Positions 1 through 14,358 of a stretch of 64,000 bases of DNA are shown here, piece after piece. The notes under the pieces were generated by a model. That model was given only the letters and a program-made list of their open reading frames with translations, had not been told where the DNA came from and ran no database searches. The stretch spans positions 185,628,001 to 185,692,000 of the forward strand of contig OZ024741.1 of NCBI GenBank assembly GCA_964016885.1, given 5' to 3'. Every line of letters starts with the position of its first letter. Positions within the stretch are counted from its first letter, which is position 1. A program made the translations under genes and the position numbers. This stretch comes from Eledone cirrhosa. Lineage: Eukaryota.

Positions 1-376
1 TGTGAACATATGCAAAACATTTCAGAAATTCAGCAGGTATAAACTGCATATACATATGTATAGATATAGAGTCATGTGCACGTGTACACATATGACTCAA
101 CATATACAAATCCACACAGGCATTAACATCCATACTTGCACACATTCAAACACACACACACATAAACGCACACACACACATAAACAAATACACACACATA
201 TATATATGTATGCATATTCTTGTATCAATATACAAAGGCAAATGCACATATAGAAACAGATATATATACACATGGACAAACAGAAATCCATGCATACACT
301 GATTGTATGTATGTATGTGTTTATATATGTATGTATAAATACATATACACACAAACACACACATATATATATATGA

Positions 377-451
<75 letters not shown>

Positions 452-880
452 AAAGTTAATCAAAGAACTATGAAACCTCACGTAGCTCAAGTAAAACATA
501 GTGAAGTAGTCTTTCTTATCTAATTCACATTGGATGGAATGAAATATTTCCGGTTTAGTAAGAATAGGAAATGCCTGGTCCATTGAATAGAAAGGCTTCT
601 TTGGCCGGATTCCAACTTGTTCACGCTGGAACAACGCACAGTACGGCTTTGGACTGGTAATAAGTTCTAAACCCTGTACACATACACACATACACGCACT
701 CAAACACACACATATAAACAAACACACACTCACTCACACATATTTACATAAATTCATGCAAGCATATATATATATATATATAAACACATACACGCATACA
801 CACACACACACACATATATGCACTCAAACAAACACACATAAACAAACACACACTCACTCACACATATTTACATAAATTCA

Positions 881-916
<36 letters not shown>

Positions 917-1590
917 CACATACACATACATGCATATATCAACCAGAAATATATACATATATACATATATGCATACATATGCACCTGATATATATACATG
1001 TAGATGTATGTATATATATATATGTGTGTGTGTGTGTATGTGTGTATGTGTGTGTGTGTGTGTATGTGGGTGTGTCTGTGTGTGTGAGTGTGTGTGGGTG
1101 TGGGTGTGTGTGTGTATGTGTGTGTGTGTGCGTTTGTGTTTGTATGAGTGTTTTTTTTTTAAACAGGATTATGAATAAAGCAGGATTTAGAGGACAAGAA
1201 GGAGATTCAGAGTAAATGAGAGTTTCTGTGTGTGTGTGTGTATGTGTGTGTGTGCTTGTGTGTGTGTGTGTGTATGTGTGTGTGTGTGTGTGCGTGTGTG
1301 TGTGTCTGTTCGTGAATGGAACAGAGAAACATATGTAAGGAAATATATATACAGAGTGATAGGAAATAAAACGGAGGAGGAAAGAAGGGGAAGTGGGAGA
1401 GATGAGAATCTTATTCAATGTGTTCAGAGAAAGAGGAATAAAGTTATTTGGCTGAAAGGAAATTAGAAAAAAACAGGAGCATAACCACTCCATAATTGAA
1501 GCTATAGCAGTAAGGTAAACAGCTATAGAGGGAGTCACACACATACGCACTGAGGCATAAACACTCGCTCACAAACTCACACACGTGTGT

Positions 1591-1703
<113 letters not shown>

Positions 1704-1704
1704 A

Positions 1705-1886
<182 letters not shown>

Positions 1887-2105
1887 ATTTTGTTTCTGAA
1901 TTTGTTTAGCAAGATTCTTTATCTGAAATCGTGTGTTGAAACCGATATTGTTATACTTTGGGAGGGTCATGTTGCCAATAAGAAACACACGCACCAGTTG
2001 CTTTCACTTCAATTTATTATAATAAATTTATAATAAATTCATAAATTTATAAATTTCTGGTTGGTTGGTTGGTTGGTTCCACAACCAGATAGTTGTTTAT
2101 ATATT

Positions 2106-2148
2106 GTCATAGTTCTTTCGTCACACACTCTGTGACCTCTTCAGTGAC
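2106..2148 (-). ncRNA. Minimal type I hammerhead ribozyme (family A)
   Basis: Minus strand reads GTCA-CTGAAGA-G-GTCAC agagtgt GTGAC-GAAA-GaaC-TA-TGAC: stem I GTCA/TGAC, conserved core, stem II hairpin, very short stem III. Confidence 0.75.
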
Positions 2149-2267
2149 TGGGGATTCCTTTCTTTGTTTTTGTGCCTCTCCTTTGTTCTGTCCTACGCCA
2201 TTTTGTTTCTCTAAATGGCGTAGGACAGAACAAAGGAGAGGCACAAAAACAAAGAAAGGAATCCCCA

Positions 2268-2310
2268 GTCACTGAAGAGGTCACAGAGTGTGTGACGAAA
2301 GAACTATGAC
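2268..2310 (+). ncRNA. Minimal type I hammerhead ribozyme (family A)
   Basis: gtca ctgaaga g gtcac agagtgt gtgac gaaa gaac ta tgac. Confidence 0.75.
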
Positions 2311-2477
2311 AATATATAAAGAACTATCTGGTTGTGGAACCAACCAACCAACCAGAAATTTATAAATTTATAAATGTATTATAAATTTATTATAATAAAT
2401 TGAAGTGAAAGCAACTGGTGCGTGTGTTTCTTATTGGCAACATGACCCTCCCAAAGTATAACAATATATATATATAC

Positions 2478-2555
<78 letters not shown>

Positions 2556-2562
2556 TTATATA

Positions 2563-2595
<33 letters not shown>

Positions 2596-2600
2596 TTATA

Positions 2601-2646
<46 letters not shown>

Positions 2647-2799
2647 TATATATATACATATATATAATGTATACACACGTGTGTGAGTTTGTGACGGAGT
2701 GTTTATGCCTCAGTGCGTATGTGTGTGACTCCCTCTATAGCTGTTTACCTTACTGCTATAGCTTCAATTATTGAGTGTGTGTGTGTGTGTGTATATATA

Positions 2800-2993
<194 letters not shown>

Positions 2994-3003
2994 CTATATA
3001 TAG

Positions 3004-4092
3004 GGAGTTATATACTCAAACAGTCTTTTACAATTAATTAGCTCAAAGAAAGAAGTATTACTGAGCCGATTGACGCACATGGTTTCTCAGCGCCTAGCTA
3101 TCTTATACTCGTTCTGCTAGAAACAACAGCCGTTTTTATGGGATTAAAATTAGCTCAACAAAAGGAGCCTTTATACTATATATATAGAGTTATAAACTCA
3201 AACAGTCTTTTACAATTAATTAGCTCAAAGAAAGAAGTATTTCTGAGCCGTGAATACAAGTTAATATAAATTAATATATATGATAAACATTAATACAATA
3301 TATAAGTGTTTGCATTGTAAATGACCAGGTTAGCTAGATTGAAAAATACTAATTAGATAAATACAGTTTGCCTGTCTCGATTTAAAATAATAAATCAATA
3401 AAAACAAACCCATATTGGCAATGGCCGTGGTACTTGTACAAATTTAAATTTCAAAATCCAAACCTGTTCCTTAGATAAGTTTAAACTTCAAAACCCAAAT
3501 AAGTTTCGATAATTGAAAAGGTGAAAAATTCCATCTTCTGCTCTCATCAGCAAGTACCCAGAAAATTGGTATGTTTCACCTCAAAATATTTAAGAGAAAT
3601 GATTGACGCACATGGTTTCTCAGCGTCTAGCTATCTCATACTCGTTCTGCTAGAAATAACAGCCGTTTTTATGGGATTAAAATTAGCTCAACAAAAGGAG
3701 CATATAGAGTTATAAACTCAAACAGTCTTTTACAATTAATTAGCTCAAAGAAAGAAGTATTTCTGAGCCGTGACTATATAACTCTATACATATAGTATAA
3801 AGGCTCCTTTTGTTGAGCTAATTTTAATCCCATAAAAACGGCTGTTATTTCTAGCAGAACGAGTATGAGATAGCTAGACGCTGAGAAACCATGTGCGTCA
3901 TTCAGTTCTCTTAAATATTTTGAGGTGAAACATACCAATTTTCTGGGTACTTGCTGATGAGAGCAGAAGATGGAATTTTTCACTGTATTAATCTAATTAG
4001 TATTTTTCAATCTAGCTAACCTGGTCATTTACAATGCAAACACTTATATATTGTATTAGTGTTTATCATATATATTAATTTATATTAACTTG
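3004..4092. repeat. Mosaic direct/inverted repeat between (TA)n tracts, probable PLE pLTR debris
   Basis: The segment gagttata..ctgagccg occurs three times (3005, 3188, 3708). 3772-3983 and 3984-4092 are reverse complements of blocks within 3070-3700. Confidence 0.6.
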
Positions 4093-4118
4093 TATATATA
4101 TATATACATATAAATATG

Positions 4119-4224
<106 letters not shown>

Positions 4225-4360
4225 TATATATATATGTGAATATAGAAATAGAATATTCGAAAATATTCTGTATGTTTATAATAAACATTTTGAAGACCTA
4301 ATCGCTATAGAATAGAATACGTCACGTATTACAATTAGATTCTCGATAAAAGCAAGGGAA

Positions 4361-4403
4361 GTAATCTACGCGTTTCATTCTCGTAAGAAATCATCAGGAC
4401 TAC
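4361..4403 (-). ncRNA. Minimal type I hammerhead ribozyme (array copy 1)
   Basis: Minus strand reads GTAGTC-CTGATGA-tttct tacg agaat-GAAA-CGCG-TA-GATTAC. Stem I is 6 bp with one G-U, stem III is palindromic (ACGCGT), and a 16-bp outer helix (4339-4354 / 4412-4427) encloses it. Confidence 0.9.
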
Positions 4404-4670
4404 ATATCCAGTGCTTTTATCGAGAATGACACAGCTAGAGACTTATAGAATACTTAGCTGTGTACAGGAACTGGTTTGAAAGAGCGGTTGCCGGTCCGGC
4501 AGAAATTAGAAATTGGAATAAATGCTCTGAAATAGCGATATATATGTGAATATAGAAATAGAATATTCGAAAATATTCTGTATGTTTATAATAAACATTT
4601 TGAAGACCTAATCGCTATAGAATAGAATACGTCACGTATTACAATTAGATTCTCGATAAAAGCAAGGGAA

Positions 4671-4713
4671 GTAATCTACGCGTTTCATTCTCGTAAGAAA
4701 TCATCAGGACTAC
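4671..4713 (-). ncRNA. Minimal type I hammerhead ribozyme (array copy 2)
   Basis: Identical to 4361-4403, shifted by 310 bp. Confidence 0.9.
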
Positions 4714-4980
4714 ATATCCAGTGCTTTTATCGAGAATGACACAGCTAGAGACTTATAGAATACTTAGCTGTGTACAGGAACTGGTTTGAAAGAGCGGTTG
4801 CCGGTCCGGCAGAAATTAGAAATTGGAATAAATGCTCTGAAATAGCGATATATATGTGAATATAGAAATAGAATATTCGAAAATATTCTGTATGTTTATA
4901 ATAAACATTTTGAAGACCTAATCGCTATAGAATAGAATACGTCACGTATTACAATTAGATTCTCGATAAAAGCAAGGGAA

Positions 4981-5023
4981 GTAATCTACGCGTTTCATTC
5001 TCGTAAGAAATCATCAGGACTAC
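4981..5023 (-). ncRNA. Minimal type I hammerhead ribozyme (array copy 3)
   Basis: Identical to 4361-4403, shifted by 620 bp. Confidence 0.9.
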
Positions 5024-5235
5024 ATATCCGGTGCTTTTATCGAGAATGACACAGCTAGAGACTTATAGAATACTTAGCTGTGTACAGGAACTGGTTTGAA
5101 AGAGCGGTTACCTACGTAGCTGTGTGTGCTTACACACTTTACAAATTATTCCCTGTGATTGTTTCATATGTTTATTTTAGATATATATATATATGTGTCA
5201 ATCAATTTCTGGTTGATATGTATATATATATATAC

Positions 5236-5288
<53 letters not shown>

Positions 5289-5289
<1 letters not shown>

Positions 5290-6174
5290 GAGATGTGTCA
5301 GACAAGTTCCAGGACTGATGTCACAAAAGATTTATTTCAAACTCAAACTTCAGAGTATGAGTTTTCTCCTTCAAAGTAATCCCCCTGGAGTATGTGACTC
5401 TAATCTTAGCTCTCTACAGCGATCAAACCTTTTTCTTCATAATTTTATATAAATGTCCTCTGTTTCAGGTCGTCAAGCAATGAGCACAGAGCAACGAACA
5501 AACTTGAAGTTTCTGGTACGGTTGGGGAAAACTCCGTCAGAAGCACTGGGATTGCTGCAGCACGTGTATGGAGATGAGACGATGTCACACTCACGTGTTT
5601 TCGAGTGGTACAAGATGACCCAAGGAGCGGAAGACCCTCAACATCCAGGACTGAGGTTAACGTGCAGCGCGTCAGGCAAATGGTGCGTAGCGATCGTCGG
5701 CTGACTGTTCGAGTGATGGCAAATGAGCTGGGCATGAATCGGGACAGCGTCTGGAATATTCTAACTGAAGATTTGGACATGCGGAATGTCTGCGCTAAGA
5801 TGGTGCCAAAACTGTTGAACGATTACCAGAAGGGTCGACGCATGCAAGTGTGTCAGGACATCCTCGAGCGTCTTGAAACCGAACCAGACTTGCTAGGGAC
5901 AGTGATTACCGGTAATGAGTCATGGATCTTCGAGTACGACCCGGAGGGGACCCGTTTTGAAGAGGTGGACGACATCAAAACTGCCGTGACGACGGAACTG
6001 CGAATGATCCCGGAAGAATCCTTCCAGTAGTGCATGCAAGCGTATCAGAAAAGGATGGAGACGTTCATTAGACTCCTGCGGGGTTACTTTGAAGGAGAAA
6101 ACTCTTAGTGTGAAGTTTGGGTTTGAAATAAATCTTTTGTGACATCAGTCCTGGATCTTTTGTGACACACCTCG
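5289..6174 (+). mobile_element. Internally deleted mariner (Tc1/mariner) DNA transposon
   Basis: Imperfect TIRs of ~63 bp (cgagatgtgtcagacaagttccaggactgatgtcacaaaagatttatttcaaac / gtttgaaataaatcttttgtgacatcagtcctggatcttttgtgacacacctcg). TA at the left flank. Transposase remnants inside. Confidence 0.93.
5480..6108 (+). pseudogene. Mariner transposase pseudogene
   Basis: MSTEQRTNLKFLVRLGKT..RVFEWYK, then a frameshift, then DDPRSGRPSTS..DRRLTVR..VCAKMVPKLL..ITGNESWIFEYDPE joined directly to GTRFEEVDDIK..YFEG. Most of the catalytic domain is deleted and there is an internal stop. Confidence 0.9.
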
Positions 6175-6195
6175 TCTACTTATATATATATAAGT

Positions 6196-6761
<566 letters not shown>

Positions 6762-6762
6762 T

Positions 6763-6830
<68 letters not shown>

Positions 6831-7382
6831 CACAATTACAGACTTTCATATATTTGGTGAAAGAGAAAGAAAGTAAAATAAAGTGTCTGAAATTTTAATT
6901 TCGTCTATTGTGATGACTTTAGTAGTTAAGAAGAAGAAGAAGAAGAAGGCGGCGTCGCCACCTTATGAAAAATGGAATGAATCATGTATAATATATTGAT
7001 AGTGGAACACTGGTGTTCAGCTTCGGTTGAATGAAGTTAAAACTGATGTGCCACATTCACAAGCACTCGCACACACACACACGCACGCACACAAACACAC
7101 ACACACACGCACGCACACAAACACACACACATATATATACATATGTATATATATACAAATGAGTAAATATAGTTGCATATGTAGGGTCGTGTGCGTGCGT
7201 GTATGTTTGAGATTGCCTCTGTGTGTTTGCGTGCATATGTATGCCTGTATATATTTAATATGTATTTTGGGGGTGTTTTTAATCATATGGGTCAAAATAT
7301 GTAATATTCCTTTTGAAAGGACTCCTCGAGACTGATTGTATTTCCGTCTAATGTCTAACGCACACACGCACATACACACACC

Positions 7383-7432
<50 letters not shown>

Positions 7433-7519
7433 GAGATATATATATGTAGATACATACACACACACATACACATTCATATATATTTTTTATATGTATATGT
7501 GTGAGGTGTGTGTTTATTT

Positions 7520-7795
7520 AACCTTGATCACCTTGACCGACCAGTCTGTCGGGCGTCCATTCGGCGCCGCTGGTGACAGCACGTCGGCTGTTTTAGCCAT
7601 AAGATCACGCGATCCCACTGGCTGGGCGGGCAGGCCGGTACCTCTCATCTCATTTCTACAGCTGAGTAAACTGGAGCAACGTGAAATAAAGTGTCTTGCT
7701 CAAGGAAACAACACATCACCCGGTCCGAGAATTGAACTCACAACCTTTCGATTGCAAGCCCAATGCTCTAACTACTACGCCATGCGCCTTCACTG
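7520..7795 (-). mobile_element. tRNA-derived SINE, family 1
   Basis: Minus strand has A box tggcgtagtagttag and B box gagttcaattc, then ccttgagcaagacactttatttcacgttgctcc, shared with copies at 11110, 14359, 18230 and 29190. Confidence 0.8.
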
Positions 7796-8049
7796 TGATT
7801 ATATATACATATATAAATACATGTATGCGCTTTTGTGTCTATATGTATGTGTTTTCGTGTGTGCGTCGGATAACGTACGAACTCATTCAGCTTTCTATCT
7901 GATGAATGCTTCAACTGATGATAGGCATAACATTTTAAGTTTACGTATATTGTCACTAATCACTGAATGCTAATCAGAAATGTGTAATCTCTAATCACAT
8001 GAATTCCGATTCAACCTACGAAATTCTGTAAGACTATTGTAGAACAATG

Positions 8050-8880
8050 GAGGCAGTTTTTGCGTTTGTCCCCGCTCGGAGACCATTTTGAGTATAGCTT
8101 TCCCATAGCCTATTTTTAAGTTAGACTGGACACCTAACTTTCAAAATCCTCCCATCTTACATCCAACTGTTGGTCTATTATGCGCCATACACTATAGGTT
8201 AACAGGACCGACTCTTTGTTTAGAAACCCGCGTCTAATGCAAGTTCTTTACCATATTCGTATTTGTCAGCATGGAGCTGATCATCAAATTTCTTTAAAAT
8301 CTAACCATATCACAGTGACGTCATCTGCCTTTATGCAGACGACTCTCCTGCTTTTAAGTTCGATCAGAATGCCTATCAATATATCTAGCCTCGACAACAA
8401 AAGCTCATGAGCTAAAACGTACAGAAAATCCGAGAAACAACTCATTTGATGAACATGGTGTGGTTTAATACGGTCACAATAGACTGTTTTTAGTCTGAAT
8501 AGTAACCTCATGCAACTGTACATAGAAGTAATGCTGTCTATGAAAATGTGAAGAAAAACTGCTACCCTGAAAATATTCTTTGATGACAGATTTTATTGAA
8601 ACTTTGGTCTGATTCAAGTGAATCAAAACCTCGCCGAAACCAAGTTGATTATTTACGTTCAGTGTAGCAGGTGGAGCGAGATATGTGGGCAATCATGCAG
8701 TTCTATACGTTCCTGATTATACTGCTGATGATAAGCGCCAATCTTTGGGGGCATCTTGGCTAAATTCTTAAACCCTTAAATAAGCTGAGCGTTAGGCTGG
8801 AAAGTTCCGATAGTGTTCTCCATTATCGCATCCTTCATCGGTGACAGTACCATCACTTTCCTCTTAACCCAGGGGGAAAT
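8050..8880 (-). pseudogene. Highly degenerate L1/Tx1-like reverse transcriptase fragment
   Basis: GFGEVLIHLNQTK and FLYVLAHELLLSRL..KADDVTV parallel GFGGALINLDQSK and ILYVLTLEPLLRK in the LINE at 59656-60135. Boundaries are approximate. Confidence 0.65.
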
Positions 8881-9819
8881 GTAACCGCTATGCTACCAGT
8901 TGCAATAGACATGTACCATGAGAAGATCAGATATATCAATCATGCACAAATAGTAGAAGGTTTATACAAGGCCTATTGCCCTTCTCACCGTCAAACGTAT
9001 TTCAAACTTTGTTAATATATTTTACAACACTTCTCTTAGTCTATCAGGAGTAGCAACTATCAGGAGTAGCAACTTTAACACTGTTATCTTCTTCATTACT
9101 ATCATTATCGACAACAAGCTCTTTATCAACACCATCACCAATCAGAAAAAAAAAAAAACTGCTTCTATGTGATCACGTAATCTTATCAACCCATGATTAA
9201 TGTTGTCGAGTATTCTCTCAACATAGCAAACAGACGGTGTATTCATAGTGGGAAATCCATTGATCATAGGTTTACGTGACCATAGTTGACATCATCTTAA
9301 ACAATATAAATCTCACCATTACTCTTAACACAACCATTGCCGAAATAGCTAGTGGGAGAGTATTTAGCTGGTCGATATAGTGACCTTCTAAAATTGGTAC
9401 CAAACATAAAAAGGGACTCATTTCGTTCATGTAGTCCTGGTAAAAATAGAAAGAAAACGATGTTCACATCTGAAATATATTTAATCATAGATCAACGTTA
9501 AGGGGTCTGACTTCGGTGATGAAGTTAAAAGAAAAAAGATCCCCACTATCGTCACCAACATAACCAGTGACAAGATCAACATCAACAATAACCACCATCA
9601 CCATCGATACGAACCCCACCACCCTGACCACCCCTTCTTCACGACATTTCCAACACTTCTAAATCTTCCGATCATCACAACCACCACCAATAACAGTGAC
9701 AATGCAACCACTGTAACATCTATCATCATCAGCACTGTCAATATGCACGGCACCATCCACTTCCTCGCTCCTTTCAGTTCACCAAGCCAGAACTCTACAC
9801 AATAACCAACACTGCCCTC

Positions 9820-10030
9820 AGTGGCAGTGTCGGTAGAGAGTCGGATACCATACATTTCAGCATAGAGATACGGCCCTTTACGGTATGAGTTCAAATCCCA
9901 CCGAGGTTAAATTTGCCTTTCATCCTTACGGGGTCGATAAAATAAAGCACCAGTAACGTACTGGGGTCGATTTAATCGACATTCCCCTACCCCCAAATTA
10001 CAGGCCTTGTGCCTATACTAGAGATCACTA
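9820..10030 (+). mobile_element. SINE family 2 (long form)
   Basis: ggcagtgtcggtagag..gagttcaaatcccaccgaggttaaatttgcctttcatccttacggggtcgataaaataaagcaccagt..ggccttgtgcc; B-box-like motif; many copies in the window. Confidence 0.8.
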
Positions 10031-10334
10031 AAACCAGCATCATGTTCACCACAACACCACCACCACTATTACAATCAACACAACAGTCTCTGGCTCAATT
10101 CTCATTATATTCACCAGCAATACATTAAAACAACCTCTGTTACCACTACCATCATTATGAGTAGCAACACTACCAGCAACATAGCTACCAATACTACCAC
10201 CACATTTACCACACTACTAATACAACCAGCAGAGCAGCCTTCGTCATTATCAGCATCAACGTCACTCTGTTCACTAGTACCAAAACTACCAACTGCCCAC
10301 CACCAGCATCAGTACCAGCACCAACAACAACACC

Positions 10335-10438
10335 AACTACTACTATAACTACTACTACTACTACTACTACTACCAATATTACTACCACCAATACTACTAC
10401 TGCTACCACCAATACTACTACCATTACTACCACCGCTA

Positions 10439-10484
<46 letters not shown>

Positions 10485-10559
10485 CACTACTACTACTACC
10501 ACTACCACCACCACCACCACCACTACTACTACAACTACTACTACTACTACTACTACTAT

Positions 10560-10607
<48 letters not shown>

Positions 10608-10641
10608 GACTACCCCTACTACTACTACTATCACCACTACC

Positions 10642-10682
<41 letters not shown>

Positions 10683-10716
10683 GACTACCCCTACTACTAC
10701 TACTATCACCACTACC

Positions 10717-10778
<62 letters not shown>

Positions 10779-10812
10779 CACTACTACTACTACTACTACC
10801 ACTACTACCACC
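10335..10812. repeat. (ACT)n/(ACC)n trinucleotide microsatellite
   Basis: Direct inspection. Source of the poly-V and poly-S ORFs. Confidence 0.97.
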
Positions 10813-11109
10813 AACATTACATTTTATAGCCATCGATGATACATCTAATATTTCCGCTCCAGTGATAAAGTTTAGATATTTTATAGCTAAGAGTTCGTTC
10901 CTATTCTATTCTCATTTAGTTTCAGATGTCACGTGGATTTTAGCATCTTTATATGGCAATAAGACTTCGCTTCATTTCCGGTCTACACTCACTAAATATG
11001 GAAAGTGTCACTATACTAGATGGAATATAATAACGTAAAAGCAAATCTATCTGAGTCCGTTTCGACGATGATTATTCCAGTTGTTCGATCATCTAAACTA
11101 CATACTCAC

Positions 11110-11434
11110 TACTGGGACTCCGTCGGTTACGACGATGAGTCTTCCAGATGATTGGATAAAGGGAACGGCTTACACGTGAAATTAACGTGCGAGTGGTTGA
11201 GCATTCCTCCGATTCGCGTATTAAAGTAGTTCTCGGGAGATTCAGCGTGACACAGAATGTGACAAGTTTGGCCCTTCTAATTACAGGCACAACTCATTTG
11301 TGACACCTGAGTGGACTGAAGCAAAGTGAAATAAAGTGTCTTGCTCAAGGAGACAACGCACTACCAGGAATCGAACTCACGACCGTATGATTGTGAGCCG
11401 AATACCCTAACCACAAAGCCACCTGCCTTCACTA
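11110..11434 (-). mobile_element. tRNA-derived SINE, family 1 (alternative tail)
   Basis: A box tggctttgtggttag, B box gagttcgattcc, and the shared ccttgagcaagacactt core. Confidence 0.8.
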
Positions 11435-11865
11435 CATACTCATTAAATTGCCGCGTACATGGCTTAATATTCCAAAGAGTACTGTACTCTTAATGTATTT
11501 CCCAAGCAGCATCAGGGTTACGCAGTTTGTCCAAGCCTGGCCCTTGAAATACAGGTATGATCGATCTGACAATATTTGACTAACATATCACAGATTGGGA
11601 AACAATCTGAGCCCACGAAAGTGTACAGCGAATTTCGTAACCATTCGGACATGCCTTCTTGAGGAAGCAGACTCATATATACAAGTATAACACCATTATG
11701 TACTGCTACACAAATACACATATATAAGTCCACAAATACAAAATGAGAGAAAATGAGGGAAAAGAACAGATTTGCAGAAAAAAAAATAGAGACGATACAT
11801 GCATTCATAGAGCCCTCTAGGCAGATATAGCATATATAACATGCACCTATACATACATACGCAAA

Positions 11866-11930
<65 letters not shown>

Positions 11931-11959
11931 TGTGTGTGCGTGCGTGTGTGTGTACATAT

Positions 11960-12044
<85 letters not shown>

Positions 12045-12696
12045 AACAAATATACATTTCAAGAATAAACAAGACGAAACACACACACAGACATACATAC
12101 ACATACATGTATATATATACATATATATATATATATATACATACATATATACACACACATTTATATAGAAATAGGCGCAATAATCCCATATAAAAAAATT
12201 ATATATGTAAAACAAGCAAATAGCAAGGTGAAAAACAAAAGTGATAGATAGAGAAATAAAGTGATAGGAGAGAAATAAAGGAAAAGAAAATGAGATAAAA
12301 CCAAAAAATCGTAACCACTTGAAAATTACCATCGTTATACTCAATGCATAGACGCACGTATCCTATCTTTCCAGTTATCAAGATCGCTATATGGTTTCGA
12401 TGAACCAGCAGTGTGGCATACCGGAAATGAGCCGAAGTATAACTTGACATTTAATCGGAAGTTTCAGCAATGGTAGTATGAAGAAAAAATAATTATAATA
12501 AATAAGTAGATAGATAATTAAAGTCAATAGAATGCAGTAAATCTTGTCATTTCATGTTGTTCTAGTTTAGCCCCAGGTCAGCTCTGTTCCATCATAACTC
12601 TGATCAATGACGTTTCTGTTGTGTCTACCATGATTTTTTTTCTCTTTTTTTCTAGGCATAGTAAGCTAATGCAGTATGTACTGTTTGGTTGTGACA

Positions 12697-12970
12697 ATAA
12701 TTGTTTCTACTTTTGGCACAAGGCCAGCACTTACACCAGTACATTACTAGTACTAATGATTTCTAGTATAGGCACAAGGCCAGTAATTTGGGGGAAGGCA
12801 AAGTCGATGAAATCGACTCCGGTACGTTACTGGTGCTTTATTTAAATCGACCCCATAAGGATGAAAGCCAAAGTTAACCTCGACGGGATATGAACTCAGA
12901 GCGTAAAGGAACGTAACTCTATGCTGCAAAAGATGGCGTCCGGCTCTCTACTGCCAATCTACTGCCCTTA
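12697..12970 (-). mobile_element. SINE family 2 (long form with duplicated tail)
   Basis: Reverse complement similarity to 9820-10030. The ggcacaaggccag tail occurs twice. Confidence 0.75.
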
Positions 12971-13509
12971 TTTGCTTGTAACAATACTATTTTTTACATA
13001 TCAAATCGGTTTATTCATCACATTTAGCTTTTAGATGCTTATTTGTTAAACCTAATGGTATAATTTAAAGCAGGATTTGCGTTAATTAAATATCTATTAT
13101 TAATAAAATATTTTGAAATAAGTGCTAATCAAATACAGTCATTACTCTAAATTACAATTAAATTTTAGTTAGCATATCTGGAGCTACGTCATGCAATGTG
13201 GCCTTCCAATTTTCAAAAAGCAGTTTGTATTTTCAGGGAAATTTTACTTCTAATCCTATTCATTCCTTTAGTGTAATATGACATCATTTGTTAATATTAA
13301 GGACATCTGAGGAGAATAAGACAGCAAACAGTCTTCAGAGAATAACTCGCCCACCCTCATATGAAGTGTTTCAGCCCTTAACTTCTTACAATCTAAGGGA
13401 AACGGGGTGCATCTAGGCTTTGACGCCTGTGTGTCCTTCTATGTGTTAAATATATGAATGTTGAAAATAATTGCATAAGACAGAATTTTCGCAAAACCAC
13501 GTTAATTGT

Positions 13510-13990
13510 TTCGTTTCTGAATTTGTTTAGCAAGATTCTTTATCTGTAAACGTGTGTTGAAACCGATAGTGTTATACTTTGGGAGGGTCATGTTGCCAAT
13601 AAGAAACACACGCACCAGTTGCTTTCACTTCAATTTATTATAATAATTATATAAATTTAGGAATTTATAAATTTATGGTTGGTTGGTTCCACAACCAGAT
13701 AGTTGTTTATATATTGTCAAAGTTTTTTCGTCACACATTCTGTGACCTCTTCAGTGACTGGGGATTCTTTTCTTTGTTTTTGTGCCTCTCCTTTGTTCTG
13801 TCCTACGCCATTTTGTTTCTGTGTGTGTGTGTGTTGTGTGCTCAGTCTGCGCATGCGCCACATCCGGGTGTCTGTGTGTGTTTATATTCGTTTATTTATT
13901 TGTTTATTTACATGTTACCGGTTGGTTGTTTGTTCTATGTGCGTGTGTGTTTTCATTTTGTCCTTAGTTGTAAGTTGTGATGTTGCTTGT
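13510..13990 (-). mobile_element. PLE family A pLTR copy with HHR at 13716-13758
   Basis: Colinear with 1890-2210 and 38172-38580. Contains gtcaaagttttttcgtcac..gtgacctcttcagtgac. Confidence 0.85.
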
Positions 13991-14308
13991 GATGTTAATT
14001 GTGTTATTATTTTTTTTTTTGGGGGGGGGGGGGATAGCAAGTGTAGAGCTTTGATGACGAATTTTATTTTGAAACGTTAATTTAACACGTCTGTTTGTCT
14101 GTTTTTATGCACTACTAACAAATGCGAAACGATTGCATCGTTGATTACGTCCTCCTGATTTTGCTGAAGCTAGGTATATGACTTTGATCTCAACCTTAAA
14201 TTTCATAGTGACAGGCCTTCAAATGTTTTTCATAAATTTCCCCTATAATATTCAATATAAAATACGTATATTTGTATGTATATTGCTATGTAGGAAAACC
14301 AAGAAAAA

Positions 14309-14350
<42 letters not shown>

Positions 14351-14358
14351 ATATATAT

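Larger units (their letters stand above)
1890..2466. mobile_element. Fold-back pLTR remnant of PLE family A (inverted pair of pLTR fragments) inserted in (TA)n
   Basis: ~1944-2203 is the reverse complement of ~2214-2466. The same sequence recurs at 13510, 22353, 38172 and 39027, where it adjoins GIY-YIG coding remnants. Flanked by (TA)n. Confidence 0.85.
4231..5215 (-). mobile_element. Tandem array of 310-bp units, each with a hammerhead ribozyme (non-LTR retrozyme-like or tandem pLTR)
   Basis: Near-identical units start at 4231, 4541 and 4851; the third is partial, diverging after ~5109. No ORF. One HHR per unit. Bounded by (TA)n. Confidence 0.85.

Noticed and set aside
3490-3560. CTGATGA ... 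GAAAC on the minus strand (CTGATGA also at 3954 on +)
   Set aside because: I could not form convincing stems I and III, so it is not called as a hammerhead.
4231-5109. Tandem repeats as a CRISPR array
   Set aside because: The units are identical throughout with no unique spacers, the context is eukaryotic, and there are no cas genes.
10206-10833. Poly-Val and poly-Ser/Gly ORFs, and Thr-rich plus strand (mucin-like)
   Set aside because: Explained by the (ACT)n microsatellite; no splice or domain support.
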